From the NCBI RefSeq assembly GCF_964355755.1, contig NC_092673.1, forward strand, positions 27,401,648-27,465,647: DNA of 64,000 bases, read 5' to 3'. Below, piece by piece: positions 50,301 through 63,600 of this stretch; position 1 is the stretch's first letter, and the number at the start of each line of letters is the position of its first letter. The notes under the pieces are model-generated. The model ran no database searches and was not told the origin of the DNA. It saw only the letters and a program-made list of their open reading frames with translations. The position numbers and the translations under genes are program-made. The stretch comes from Antedon mediterranea. Its lineage: Eukaryota; Animalia; Echinodermata.

Positions 50301-53300
50301 GGTTTATCATACTTACTTTTAGGAGCATCTGTCTTGCCATCTTTCCCATTCTAATAAATAACAAAATAAAATTGTATTATTTCTGAGACAAGACAAAAAA
50401 AAACATTATCACTTAAATTATTATTTGATCAATCAGAAACAGCATAAAAACAATTTTAGTAAAATATTAGAAATAATAAAATCTGTACCTGTGGCTCTGC
50501 CGTTGGATTGGACACATCAAATGCATTCTGAAAACAATTTAAACAAATAAAATATAACATTGTTAAAACATCAATCAAAATTCAAATTATATATACTGTA
50601 TACATTTCGAAAAAAAAACACCTATTGAAGGTGTAGCTTGGCGCTTAACATGCTTGTCTTCCAATACCAAGGTCCAGGATTCGATCCTCACCTAGTGCCA
50701 GGGCTGCAACTGTTTCTACGTCACTCTCCTAGCCTCAAATGAGACTTAGGTTATAAGCATGATAATTGGAGAGTTTCTCGATGTTGAAGGAGTATGAAAA
50801 AAAAAAAAATGTAACCGTTACCTTTGGTCCACCTTTTGGTGACGCTGGTTTAACAGGTGGTTTCTTAGGTTTTCTTCGTATTGGTGCCGTTGGTGGCGCT
50901 AGAAGTGCATCCATAAACCCGGCACTTTCATGTAAAACATGAACTATTGAATTGGAAAGAGAATAACTCCTATTATCATCAGCATTATTATATATATTAT
51001 ATATAATAATCTTTCTGTACAGATATTGTAGAAAAGCAGCATACAAAACATAATATAGTCACAATTAAAGAAATTATAAATTTACTAATACAAACAATAA
51101 AAATAGTTCATATTTGAAACCTTACCTTTGTTAACTTTGGGCGACAACTTGGGTTTGTCATTACCATTGTTGTCTGTGTCTTGTTTCGGCTTTTTCTCCG
51201 CCGGTTGAACAACTTTATCTAATGTTTGTCTGAAAAATTTAAGGTTTGGACCAAGGGTTGAGACTACAGAGAAGAATGGAGATTATATGTAGGAAAGTGT
51301 AACCTGTACTTAATACATGTATAGTACAAGTAGTTGTCAAAGAAAGAATATTTATAAAGATAACCAAATTCACATGGATAACAATTTTTTTTATAAAGCA
51401 AGTAATTAATATTCTTACCCTTCTCGTTTGGCAACTGTGGTCTTTTTATTAGTAGGTTGCACTGCTAATTTCTTCTTTATACGCATTTTCGGAAGTGGTG
51501 GCGCCATTTCGAGGCCCGTTGACCTTAACTTAGCATGTGCTGGGCCCGACACCTTTGTTTTCTTAGGTTTAGGAGGGTCAAATGTCTTTGAAATTGTAGG
51601 ACTATTATCATCCTTTAGTTTAACAACTGGTTTACCAGTTTTTATTTGAGTTATTTTTAATTTTCCAACTTTCTTGACTTTTTCTTCTGCGTTATCGCTT
51701 TTCTCACTAGATTCTCCGTTGTCTTCTTTCTTGACTTTTACCTTCTTCTTTTTCACTACTTGTTTAGTATCTAAAAATTACAATATATACAATACAATGG
51801 TATATAATTATATGATTAATATATATCGGTTTTGGAGTCTTTTTATACTTTAAATGCATACAAAACATAGTTCGTACAAGCAAACACCTTCCATAACATT
51901 GCAAAACTGCAATTATAAGAGGGTGTTACCGAGGCAATCTAACAGGATGCCGAGCTTTGGAGATCAAAGGGCTTATCTGTGGCTCCAACCCAATCAGTTC
52001 CACGCTAATTAACAGACACCACGCGCCCCAGAAAATATGTATACTGTTGGTATTTGTCACAGCCAGACATAAGATCAAAGGACTGTTACGAGTTCCTATC
52101 TTGGCAAGGCGAACTAAGTGTTCTGTTGTTATATTGCCTTGGTGTTACTTGGTGTTAAAAAAAGTACATCCTACAACCACACTTGTTAATAAAACCACCA
52201 TTCAAATAACTACCCCATTAAAGAGACACTTGGTCCTGATTGTGTCCTCTTATGGGGTTCTAGAGTAAATTGACTTGACTTACCAGCAGGGCTATGCTTG
52301 ATCACCTTCATCCATGTCCCCACTAGGTCAGTAGCAATTGGTTGAAGTTCTGTATAAAAAATAATAATTAAGTTAAAAAAAATTAAAGATGTATTGTCCC
52401 CTGAAAAATAATTCATACAATTTTTTTTGTATGTATTACTTAGTTATCCACCTTGACAAAAAAATGGTCAAATAGATTACAAAAACTGTTCTTTATTTTA
52501 GAAATACTTACCGTTTCCGTCATTTTTGCTCAGCTGTTTGATTGTCTTGGCAGTGTCATTCTGAAGGAAATATAATGAAGTAATAATTAGGAATTTAAAA
52601 ATATATTATATATATTATTATTATTATATTATATTTTAAAATTAAAGATATATATATTTTAATGATTGGCTTAAATAGACATTTGGCATTTTTGTCTCAA
52701 AATTATACATACAGTAAAAATACAATACAGAACATAGACATTCAGATTATAAAAATATGTAACCAATATATGAAGATCTATATCGTACATCATAAAAGTG
52801 TGAAAATACCTTTTTTAATATTTCAATTGTTACTGGTAGATGCTTGAGTAGTTTGATAAGTTCGATGACAATGACTAAATTATCATTTTCTAAACCATCA
52901 TGTAACCAGTGGTTGATCATGTCCCATCCGCCCAACTCCATAAACCTGATAATAGATAAAACAGAACTTTAGTAAAAATTGTAATGATTCGGGAGGCATT
53001 CGTATAGCAGCCTTATACTTCTATCTTATATTCATATACTTGTGAAGTTAAGCTTTATGATTCAAATTGCTTTGAAAGAAAGATGCTTTATATTACAAAT
53101 TTGATTTGATATGATTAGTCAAAATCATAACCTTGCCATAATCTTTTTAGATCTTCTGGTGTTATAATCCCACCCCTCCCCACCCCTCTAAAAAAAAACT
53201 AGACGTGATCTCTGTTCATGTGATATATTTTAATTTCTGCTTTATTCTGGTTACAATATTTGATCATACTTTCAGCAATGGATTTATTATATCCAAGTGA

Positions 53301-54049
53301 TTTTATTGTTTGAATAGCCATATGGTTGATACAAACAGGGACAAATAAATGACACAAAAACTTAGTTTTGCTTTTGAAATTTATATTTATTCATACTATT
53401 TTATATTATATACAACGGCAAAAAAATATACTTAATTAATTAAATACATTTTACTTTACAAAATGTACTGTAATTAAAAATGTAACAGTGTAAGGAAAAT
53501 GGGGTAGGGTGTGGGGCAGCAAGGCACAGCAAATATATACCAAAATACACTGCCCCTCCTGCTGAATTTAAACTTACTTGAATAAAACTGGTTTTGGCTG
53601 AGTTGCTTTAATGATGTTTATATACATACACTTGCTTACTAGTTTCCGAGAACTTTTCATAAAACTATAAGAAAACAAAAATAATTCATACAAACTTCAA
53701 AACATAGAAAAAAGGTAAATTTAAATGTTAATAATTGTAATATCATAATCATGGTAATCATATCATAATCATGGTAATCATATCATAATCATGGTAATCA
53801 TGAAGCTACAGATAAAATACTGCTATAATTCTAGAATTTCATTTTGAACCTTGCACGACTGCAATACTTAGTGGAACCACTAAATTGTGAGGGTATTTGG
53901 CATTTAATATAAATATGAATAATTATTTTGATCTCGTCTCACCTTAATATTTTGTCTACGTGCTCTTCATCTTTCATCTCGCCCGCTGGTGTTAACAAGG
54001 AACTAAGAGCATTTAGTAGATTCTTAGGATCAACTGCTGTGGAAGCGGC
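47350..54049 (-). CDS. PPP1R10: Serine/threonine-protein phosphatase 1 regulatory subunit 10 (PNUTS); start codon lies in an unlocated upstream exon
   Basis: 17 phase-consistent exons (minus): 54049-53943, 53664-53578, 52945-52810, 52560-52512, 52349-52284, 51770-51419, 51229-51126, 50943-50822, 50527-50489, 50350-50317, 50176-50018, 49906-49770, 49661-49458, 49257-49057, 48411-48339, 48021-47929, 47618-47350. N-terminus [10 protein letters not shown]; TFIIS-N domain [25 protein letters not shown]; AKLRSTGLE; GFMDAL; PP1-binding KKSVRW; RGG repeats; terminal CCCH finger [22 protein letters not shown]. Confidence 0.94.
50630..50693 (+). repeat. Degenerate tRNA-Gly(TCC)-like sequence, probable SINE head or pseudogene
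   Basis: GGTGTAGCTTGG (A-box-like), CTTCCAA anticodon loop, GATTCGATCC (B-box-like); stems imperfect. Confidence 0.4.
52383..52480. mobile_element. Kolobok-like MITE end fragment
   Basis: TTAAAGATGTATTGTCCCCTGAAAAA terminus. Confidence 0.5.
53741..53801. repeat. Tandem repeat, 20-bp unit TATCATAATCATGGTAATCA x3
   Basis: Three exact copies. Confidence 0.9.
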
Positions 54050-54429
54050 CTACAAGATAAAGTAAATATTTTTACATTAAAAAAATTATAGCAACAACAA
54101 ACTAGGGAAATGATCTGCACTACAATTTAGAATTACAATTAATAGAAATACAATAACATTATACAAATGAAATAATGTCACCAAAAAATAAAACAGAAGT
54201 TGAAATATACTACAATTATGATAGTGCGGTATGGCACATTATTGATAGTACCCGTCCTTAATTTAGACTGCATCGGATCGTGCACACAAGAATTTGAAAT
54301 CCGATTTAAGCAGACACTGGTCGTGCCTCTCATGTTATCCCAAAAGTGCCACTGGTGATATGGTAGAATTTAAAAAAAAAAATATAATAAATAATATAAC
54401 AAAACAATATATCCAATCTAATTGGAGCA

Positions 54430-54660
54430 TACTATGAAAGCCCGAGTGGTCAAATGGTAGGATGTATTGTCTCGTGTTACTATGAAAGCCCCAGTGGTCA
54501 AATGGTAGGATGTATTGTCTCGTGTTACAATGAAAGCCCGAGTGGTCAAATGGTAGGATGTAGTGTCTCGTGTTACTATGAAAGCCCCAGTGGTCTAATG
54601 GTAGGATGTATTGTCGGCGTGTCAAGCAGAAGGTTCCTGGTTCGATTCCCGGTTGGGTTT
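54430..54660 (+). repeat. 48-bp tandem repeat x4 running into a tRNA-derived SINE-like head
   Basis: Unit TACTATGAAAGCCC(G/C)AGTGGTCAAATGGTAGGATGTATTGTCTCGTGT; the last unit continues to B-box GGTTCGATTCCC. Confidence 0.75.
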
Positions 54661-54950
54661 TTTCATCTCGCTCTCAGATTTCATCATCTTCACAGTTTAT
54701 AAATTAATGGCAGTTAATTTTCAGTTGCTTAGAATTTCTCTATGCCTGTAAATTTATATTTATGCGATACATATACTACCAGGGACATATCCAGTATTCA
54801 ACAATTTATTGAAACCTCATTAAAATGGGATAACCTGTTCTCTGCCCCCACCCCCGCACTAAATAAATTGTATTCTTCTCCTGCCTACACACCCCCGAAG
54901 ACCACTCTTTAGACAAGTCTATTTTATCTATATAAAATTGATAATAGTTG

Positions 54951-55113
54951 ATATTGGAGGGTGTTTAAATACTGGATAATATGCAGTACAATACTTGCGT
55001 CAATGTCTGTGTGGAGTTGATTACAGGTGGTATATTGGAGGGTGTTTAAATACTGGATAATATGCAGTACAATAATTGCGTCAATGTCTCTGTGGAGTTG
55101 ATTACAGGTGGTA
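54951..55113. repeat. 81-bp tandem duplication
   Basis: ATATTGGAGGGTGTTTAAATACTGG...TTACAGGTGGT present twice. Confidence 0.9.
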
Positions 55114-55865
55114 TGTTGTAATGACATTATGTTTATATTTTAAAGACTTTTAAAGTTTAGAGAGATTATTTTAATAGCTGACAATTAGATCAACTACCGT
55201 AGCCTGGTAAAGGGTTGAGCAGCATGCATGGTCTATTAGCAGACATACAGACATCTAAGTAAATAGGTTAGAGGAAGATGGGGGTGAAAATAATCGGAGG
55301 GGGTGGCAATAATGAGAGGGATGACAATTGGAAGGGTGACAATGGGAGGCGTGACATAAATGGAAGGATTGATGTATATGTTTGCATTAATAATTTTTTT
55401 ATTTTAAATAGTATCTTTCTTAATTTGTAGCGAGAGTTTTAATTATGAGAAACCTAATAAACTAATAAATTGCTAGTAGATATGTTAAAATTGCTGGTTA
55501 TAAATTTCAATACTAGCTAATGTTTGCTGGTTCAATTTTTGGAAAAATAGTTCCATTCCAGCGTTGTTATGTTTGAACAATCTAATGTTAACAGCTTTTA
55601 AAATCGATGTTCAATATCCTATGAACATCATAGGATATTATATACCCGTTTACTGTCTATTATATCATCTAATACTTATTGATTAAATCTTATAGATGTC
55701 AATTTAACATTACTGCTGGGAAGAGCTATGCAAACAGATATAAATCGTTGCAACCCAACTTCCCATACACAATTTTACAGCGTAAAAAAAACCCTGTAGG
55801 CATAAATTTTAAATCTATTGTTATAAGACGCAATACAAGTTTGCATTTTAAAAGATTGGTTACTA

Positions 55866-55982
55866 TTAGGGTGCAAATCAAGTAATTTGACCAATCACAA
55901 GGGACGGAACATCAGATTTGTTTTTGATTGGTAATTACTTGCATTACGCGCACGTCCTTGTGCCTTTATCCTAGTGGGAACA
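55866..55982. mobile_element. MITE family B degenerate fragment
   Basis: CAAGTAATTTGACCAATCACAAG...CGTCCTTG...CTAGTGGGAACA. Confidence 0.55.
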
Positions 55983-57494
55983 AAATTTTCCATAGTCTGG
56001 TTTCTGCAAGGATTAACATACTAATCCATCCTAAACAAAACTGGAAACAAAATTGCATCTACAGACAATCAATTCTGAAGGTCAGGTCACTCAAGTGAAT
56101 ATATATATACTTTATGATGGCGTTACTAAATCACATTACAATGTAGCCAGTTAATGTTATTGCTAAGCATGTCAGTGTCAACCAGTTAAAGGAATACATT
56201 AATAGCACAGGAAGTTTTGTTTTCGTGTTGCCTAGTAACAATAATAACCTAATTTTGATTTTTAATTTTAACTGTATCTAATGCCATTTGTCTATGGTCT
56301 TATTACAGTATCCTGAATGTAGGCGAGATAAGTATCTTGTTTACGAGGCAGAGATATTATTATGAAATGTATTTTATAAGACTGCTGGTTCATAAAACAG
56401 TAGGCTTAATTAGATCAATCAATTGATGTACAATGTCTAACACCCCTCAATACAAAATACTGTATTTAAATGTTTAGGTAAAAACCTTTACCTATAATAT
56501 TATTTATGCCATTTGGTAAATTTCAGAAATTCATTTGCTACTAAGTCTGCACTACTCTACCCCTTTAAAAGCAGATTACCGTATGCTGGTTTGTTATAAA
56601 ATTTGCGATTTTGTTTTTATTTCAGGAATAGGTTGGTGGTATTAAATTTAATAACCACAAAAGACTTAATGTTATTGCAAAGTGAAACCAGTAACCAAAA
56701 ATGGTTAAGGGAAATTAATCCTGACAATTCGCACAATGTTTAGTGGCGTCCTATTAAATAAAGTTCAAGATGTAGAAATTTTAAAAAGTAGATTTTTTAG
56801 CTTGAATTCCGTAAACTGGAAATAAAAGATTGCATGTGAAAATATGCAAATTATTTTTTTGTACAATTATTTAAATGACTTTATCCTACTCATCTGCATA
56901 TATGTCATTTTAGGCTTTATTGATAGTGCAACATATACTGTGATGAGAAAGTCCCTGAGGAAAAGAGATCCGTAAAAAAAGTTATTAATTAGCGAGGATG
57001 ACGGGGTAATAATCTTTTGCCATACTTTTCATAATGTCAAGAACTGATTAAGGAAAAAACAAATGTAGTTGAGGGTTAATCCATCATCCCATTGGGCTTG
57101 AGAGGGGAACAGGGTTTTGATTTTGTTTGTGACTGGGGGAATGGGTAGCTATTACAGTATTGGGTGGATCCCTCATCAGCTATGTTGTCATCCATCCACT
57201 ATCTTTATCTTGGCATTAAGCTACAGGGAATGCAAAATAATTTGTAATCTAAATGTCTGGCAAGCAAAAAAGATTTGATTCACTGTAAAAAATATTTTTT
57301 TGAAGTACAACAGCAAAGAGAGATGCATTGTTATTTTCATTTAAGCTAATTATAATATAGCTAACCTATACCCATTCAACTGGCTTATAAATGACCATTA
57401 TCCTACTCATTAAACATGTGGCCATTGACACAGTTGATTAGGTTTATATGACATCATAAAAACAAGTGTATTATAATGTCAGTGTCATCAAAAT

Positions 57495-57595
57495 ATGTGT
57501 GTTGACATTATCATAGTTTGTGCTGACATCACCATAGATTGTGTTGACATCATAATAGTTTGTGCTGACATCACCATAGATTGTGCTGACATCAC
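57495..57595. repeat. Tandem repeat, about 21-bp unit TGTGYTGACATCAYCATAGWT
   Basis: About 5 imperfect copies. Confidence 0.8.
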
Positions 57596-59869
57596 ATCCT
57601 CTGCTCTTGTGCAGAAGATTTTCAATTATTCCAAAAAGCAATTTAACCATGAAAAATAGTTAAAACCTGTATTTTATTCTGATAGGACATAATTACCAGG
57701 GAATCTAATTAACAAGTGTCTGGTATTATTATGTATTTACAATCACTATACCACAGATTGTCCAAAATGAAGGAATATATCTCTCAATATCTTTAGCAAC
57801 AACATTTTAACTCTACCTTTTGTACACAATTAGTACATCCACATTATAAATATACTGTATATGACTGGAATATAATCTCAGGGGAAAATTATGGTGCTAC
57901 AATAAATTAACAATAGAAGTGACTAAAATTTTGCTTGGGGGATGGGACACACTTGGTCATAAATGGTACGTTATGTCTTCACTAGTATTAAATTTAAAAT
58001 CTTTTATACAACAGCTCCCTCCACCCCCCCTCCCCAACCCCACCAAAAAACTCTTCTCTTCTCAAACTCCTTCAGAGAAGCAACAACAACCAACATGCAG
58101 AAAACATCTGTAATTTACCAAAACATTTGTTATTAAACTATTATTTTTAAAGCACAAACTTTTATGATTAAAATCAAACTATTTGACTTTTGCATGGTTA
58201 GAAATTAATAGCAGAATAACCACTTCCTGAGGATGGATGGGAAATCCCCACGGTGTAATGGGAAATCCCTATATGATGTATGTGAATATATTTGGGACAA
58301 GTGAAACATTACCATTATTGACACTAGGTGGGTTCAAAACTTTATCAAAATATAAAGTTTCACAGTTGATGAGAAACTTCTCAATTAGTTTGTATTCTTT
58401 TTATGTCCAAATTTTCTGAAAGAAAAAAAAGAAACAATTAAATTAGTAATTGATTAAAATAAATATAAAAAACAATGCTAAGTGATGGGTCACAAAACAT
58501 CACTACTAATTTAATTTTATATATTGTTTGAAGGTTTGCATGGAGAAATGAAATGTTGATATAAAGTTTGCAGTTACTGCATGACATTTTAATAATTCAA
58601 TTTATTAATTAACAGTATTGCTGAACTGTGTCAAACTTGTTTTTTGTTTAATTTAATAGTGATTTCCTCAAACTGTATAAGTACAAAATAAAATATTTCA
58701 AAATTAAAAAATAAGTTAATTTTTAAATGGTAGAATAACTTATTCAAATTTATAGTACAATAGAAAAAACATTTATTGAAGGGAATTGGATAATTATTAT
58801 AATAAAATACTGAAAAACTGTTTAAAAACACATTAAATATCAATAAAAATAAGGCATAATAATAATAATAATTTATTTGGAGATTACACTTTTACAACAG
58901 TGGCACTCGACCAAATGGAAGGTGCATCCAAAAGAAATGTACAAAAAAAAACAACATACCAAAATAGAATAATTGTATACCCTACGATGTAATGGTATAA
59001 TCCGTTTTTAAATCGATAACTTAGGTGTTCAATATACAGGATAAGGAAGATTAGTTCTAAGTAATTCGATTGGCTGTTGTTTAATAATATGCAAATTATT
59101 CAATGACGTATAATAGCGTCGTGGCTGAAAGCCAAGAAAAAAATGTAGGCACGAAGAAAACGCCCGACCTTCGAGTTCCGATTGTGAAACGACCAGTTTT
59201 AGAAAAATAGGGGTACGAATACAAAATGCAATTCATAGGACAACAATGCAAAAAAACAATGTATTATATTCAATTAAATCAAAATGGGATGAGAGAGAAA
59301 TCTCAGTGATTCTAACATATAATATTAATATAAATTGTCACCAAATATTTGATAGAAATCGCCTACCTGAGGCCTTGAATTGAACCTAGGCTAGTAGTAG
59401 GCTAGGCTTGCCTTTATTAATATACATACGGTATTTAAAAGTGTATTTATATTGGCCTTACTGATAACTACTAAACAATAATTAGCCTGTCCTAGCTTCG
59501 AAGCCAGGCTAGGCTGTATATTTTAATTAAATACAATTTAATAAACTCAAAATAGCCGTGGCGCATAATAAACAGTGTACCACCACCAGCACATGCCAAC
59601 CACAAATTTTGCTACACGATTTATGCAACTATTAATAAAATACTGTACAGTATATAGAAAAAAGCACGTCATTTATATCAAATACTTAAGCTTCATTTAA
59701 TAGCTCTTGTCATGCTAATTATTAAAGTAAGCAAAAATATATTAGAGAACAGGAGAGACTAGACTGAAGACAAACGTACAGCAAAAAACAATAATCGAAC
59801 GCAGTTCCATTGTGTGAAACTCATTCGTCAAGTAACCGATTGATTTTCTCTCCGTGTTCCCTTCCAACT

Positions 59870-60635
59870 TACATTTCATAGAGTGAATTATCCTTTTTCA
59901 CCGCTGTTTCTTCTTCACACGTCTGTGTAACAACATAGTTACAATCAATGTCTAATAATTTATAGAATATCTTGTAAAAATTCAACTAATAATGATACAA
60001 AAGTGCCTTTATATTCTAGTCTACCCTTATGTTCAGGCAGACTTTATAAGGCCATATTTGCATCGGCTTGGGTTGTTGAACACGCCTTGGCAAAGCTTGA
60101 ACGAAATTCTCGTTAATTTCTCCGAATATATCTCAAAATCAGAATATAGTAACAATTTGAAACTCGCCAACAAATAATATAATTTATAAAGTAAAATTTA
60201 TAGGTAAAATTTTGTTTTAAAATACCAAATTTAACCAAAAATTTTTAGGTTTAAACCAAACATGGTCCACACCAAGTCAAGAGAATCCAGAAAATGCGAG
60301 AGCGGCAGGAAATGATCACGTGAGTAACACCCACGCTTATTTAACTCCCTAGCTTGATGATCAAGATACCGCACATTGTGGACGATTCCATTTTCAGATT
60401 TTCGAAGTCGATATTGGAACCGCAATTACATTGAAAGAAAAATGTTGATTTACGTATTGGTATTACCAAATTATATTTATTATTAAAGCTGATGGTATGT
60501 AATTTTTGCATTGATAAGATTTGTATGTGAACAGCAGATTTGCATGTGAAGTGTGCACCCTGCCCTGATGACCTCTGGATATTTTGTTTGAAAGGTTAGG
60601 TTGAGGTCAGCATATCAAAACAACAGAAAAGAAGC
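59870..60635. promoter_or_regulatory. Putative bidirectional promoter and 5' UTR region of PPP1R10 and GTF2H4
   Basis: Divergent gene orientation; minus-strand donor-like site at about 59873; TCACGTGA E-box at about 60316; locally higher CpG content. Confidence 0.45.
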
Positions 60636-63600
60636 ATGGCTGCCGGTGGTTCTCAGAGTTTGACGAGTGGAAGGCAACAGTTGGACTGCAAAGATCTTCA
60701 TGCATATCTACGTTCCTTATCGCCTGCTATTCTTGACAAATTATACGACAATCCTGCAACATGTTTAGCAGTTTTTAGGTAGCGTAGCTGACGCTTTCCC
60801 TGCTGCTGCACTACTACTAGCTAGCATATCCTAGCTAGGCTAGGCCTATATCCCCCCTCGACTGGTGAACTATCGCCTACAATACACTACAGTCCCAGTC
60901 AGGACAGCACTGACTGAGAATACTGCTGCTGAGCTTAATCATAGGCCTAGCCCTAATATGGTTTATACTTGTTAGGTTAATAATATGCATAGGGCCTAAC
61001 TAGGGTCTCACTGTGTCTTTTGTTTTTAAAGTAAAAAGGAAATTTTACAGTAATTAGATTTTAGCCTCAATAAATAAATAAAAATACAGTAGGGCATATA
61101 TAGGCTATACTGTATTTACATGAAGTAATGAAGGGACATATCATTGCCATATGCAGTACTAAGGAAGCATTAAACTCTGCTGAACTACATAATACTAGAT
61201 AGATAGAATAGACGAATATTTATATCAGCTTTTTAGAAATTTTGATGTGGACTGTTTATATTATACTACATTTTCTCTAAAGTTAATGTTTTTTCTTTGT
61301 AGAGAACTTCTTCCATTATCAAAACACTATGTAATGCGAGTGGTGTTTGTTGACCAGCCAATCTCAAAGACTGCAATATCATCCTGGGTATCCAATCAAC
61401 ACCAACAGTAAGTTTCAATGATGTGCACACTTTGAATCTAATTATGAGATTTTCATTCTTTGGTTTAAATAAGACAAATTGATTCCTAAAGGATCTGTTC
61501 CTGCATGGTTCCTGTCCGGCACTGGCAAGTCAAATTGAACAACAACATTTTCATGACGCGGCTATGCGTCAATCTATATGCACATAGACGCGTACAAATG
61601 AAATATTGACACTCGGACTGTAATGTTGCCAGGTGTAAAAGACCCTTTAATTGTGAATTAAATATTAGTTCGCTGTAGATATTCATTCATCTCTACAATG
61701 ATGTAACCTTCACACTCCAATATCTAATACATTATTACATGTCTTGTCAGAAATATTTAGTATATAATTAATATGTTTTAAAAACGTTATTTTTATTTCA
61801 GAGAACACAACCAGGCTGCTCGTGTATTAAGTGATCTGAGAATATGGCATGATCGGACCCTACCTGGAGGGCTAGCAGGATGGGTGCTCAACCCAGTCTT
61901 CAGAAACAACCTTAAAACAGCTTTGTTAGGCGGGTAAGATAACAAAAATAAAGTACCTGCTCGATCAGGCAGTGCCTCTATCCAAAATTAAATCTCTATC
62001 ATACTGAATTCATTATCACAGTTAGTCTTATCTTAAACTAGTTTGACAAAAAAGTGTGATGTATATATGTTAGTGATATGACATCACCAGCATGTCCATA
62101 TTTGGCCACATCACATAAAGTTTGATAGTGAAGACAGACCTTTACTAATCTACAACTTGACCTGTATCATTTATGAATAGTTTGTATAACTCCAGCTATT
62201 TGAGCACTTGTGGAAGAGAGTACTCGTAATTACTGAATGAGTTTCTTCGTAATTAATTTTTTTGCATAATTTATAGGGGTCAAAGTTGGTCAAGTGCAGA
62301 TAATCTAGGGTCTGATAAACATTCAAGAGATATTGAGTTTCTTGACAGCTACGCAAAAGAAAGATGGGAGGTGCGTATAAAAGCATTTTGTATTTAAAAG
62401 AAGTTTAAAGATGTATTGTCCTCTAAAACATGAAAAAACCTTTGAATAGGCCATTTTGTAATAAAATTATTCACTTCCGTGGAAAGAAAAAAAAATAACC
62501 TAAAAAAAAATAATGTTTTCACTTAAAAAAGACAAAAGAAACTGTTAAATTCAACCAAAACCTGTTGACTTCCAGTCAATGTGACTGTTTTTTGTGTTTG
62601 GACTCCAGTAATAGTATTTCAATTTTGTCATCACCCTTAACTCTTTTTTTGCCAGTTATTATGATTTTAATCAAATAATATTAATGTGATTATCAATACT
62701 CTTTTCAGTGTATACTTCATTTTCTGGTAGACTCTAGAGGCGTGGATGGGCTAAGTAAAGATATTGCTACAGTGGTTACCAGTTCAGGCCTAATGAAAAT
62801 GTGAGCTTCAAAGCTTAGTAGTAGTAGCTATAACTTTGTTGCACACTGAGTTAGTGTGTATGGTTTTGTACTAAAGGTCTCTACCTTCAAATATCAGAAA
62901 CAGGCTTAGATCATTTTTTTTTTTTTTTTTCATTTCTTTATTCGAATTCATAAAATAACACAACATAAAAAAAAAATACAAAGAATGACTTCAGGGTAAC
63001 ACAAAAAAGTAACCAAAGGTCAAACTTATTTCCATTGTGGCCCTTAAGGATAAAAACACCATAAGAATAAACATTTACAATAAACAATAACACATCGTAT
63101 CATCGATCGTATATAACCTGGTCATAAAGTACTGCATTACTTCTAATTATATATAATATATAGAAAAATATTTGATAAATACTAGACAAATAAGTATATG
63201 TTTTATTGGTGTTATTTATTACACAGAATATCTTACAATTTCTGGAATTTCAACTTAAATTTTCTATTTCAATTTGCAGGCATGAGAATAAAGCACGTCC
63301 GGTCATCACACCAGCAGGCTTCCAATTCCTGCTTTTAGACACGCCTTCACAGGTGTGGCACTTTATGTTACAGTATTTAGAAACGGCAAAGGTAAACAAA
63401 TGGCGTTAATGTCCATATTCAATTCATTCATTAACTAGTATTGTGTCATAACTGGTTTTGTTATTTATGGAGAGAGCTCAAGAAGGTTCTAGATTGTAGA
63501 TATTTGGGAGAGTCAGTGGCGTAACAGCTATGAGCATTCACTGGTTAAACCCTTGGGCCCCAAAGCTTAAGGGGCCACAAAGCATGAGCAGCCCAAAGCA

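Noticed and set aside
50630-50693. Functional tRNA-Gly gene
   Set aside because: Acceptor and anticodon stems do not pair properly and the B-box is altered; treated as a degenerate remnant.
54335-54702. Repetitive ORFs on both strands
   Set aside because: Products of the 48-bp tandem repeat.
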